A stretch of 64,000 nucleotides of DNA from positions 3,782,001 through 3,846,000 of the forward strand of contig CM059440.1 in assembly GCA_030390025.1 (NCBI GenBank). The letters are read 5' to 3'. Positions 63,973-64,000 of this stretch are shown in pieces (within the stretch, counting starts at the first letter, position 1; each line of letters begins with the position of its first letter). The notes under the pieces were generated by a model that saw only the letters and a list, made by a program, of their open reading frames with translations, was not told the origin of the DNA and made no database searches. This stretch comes from Squalus acanthias. Its lineage: Eukaryota. The position numbers and the translations under genes are program-made.

Positions 63973-64000
63973 GTTCAGTTGTATAAACGTTAATCACAGC

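Overview
Eukaryotic vertebrate DNA, very probably from a cartilaginous fish (shark or ray), judged from HE1/V-SINE, Deu-domain (SacSINE1-like) SINE and CR1 content. The window holds the complete coding part of a G-protein beta-1 gene (GNB1) on the + strand. It has nine coding exons (30488-49620) that splice at GT-AG sites to 1023 nt (340 aa + stop), an intron just after the stop codon, and a last 3'UTR exon (about 51675-53203) ending at AATAAA. No promoter or CpG island is visible, so 1-30436 is probably 5'UTR intron. The rest is intronic or intergenic DNA packed with CR1 and L2 LINE fragments, tRNA-derived SINEs, small DNA transposons and Penelope-associated hairpin elements. The most unusual observations are: a TA-flanked Tc1/mariner-type MITE carrying a homogenised 29-bp tandem array, whose sister copy has a different interior; a Penelope-type hammerhead-motif remnant inserted with a perfect 14-bp target-site duplication; a CpG-rich, stop-free, unassigned segment near 19.4-19.8 kb; an LF-SINE-like copy; and a 3'UTR that appears deeply conserved. 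I found no evidence of a new multi-gene system. Family names and human comparisons come from recalled sequences, not from searches.
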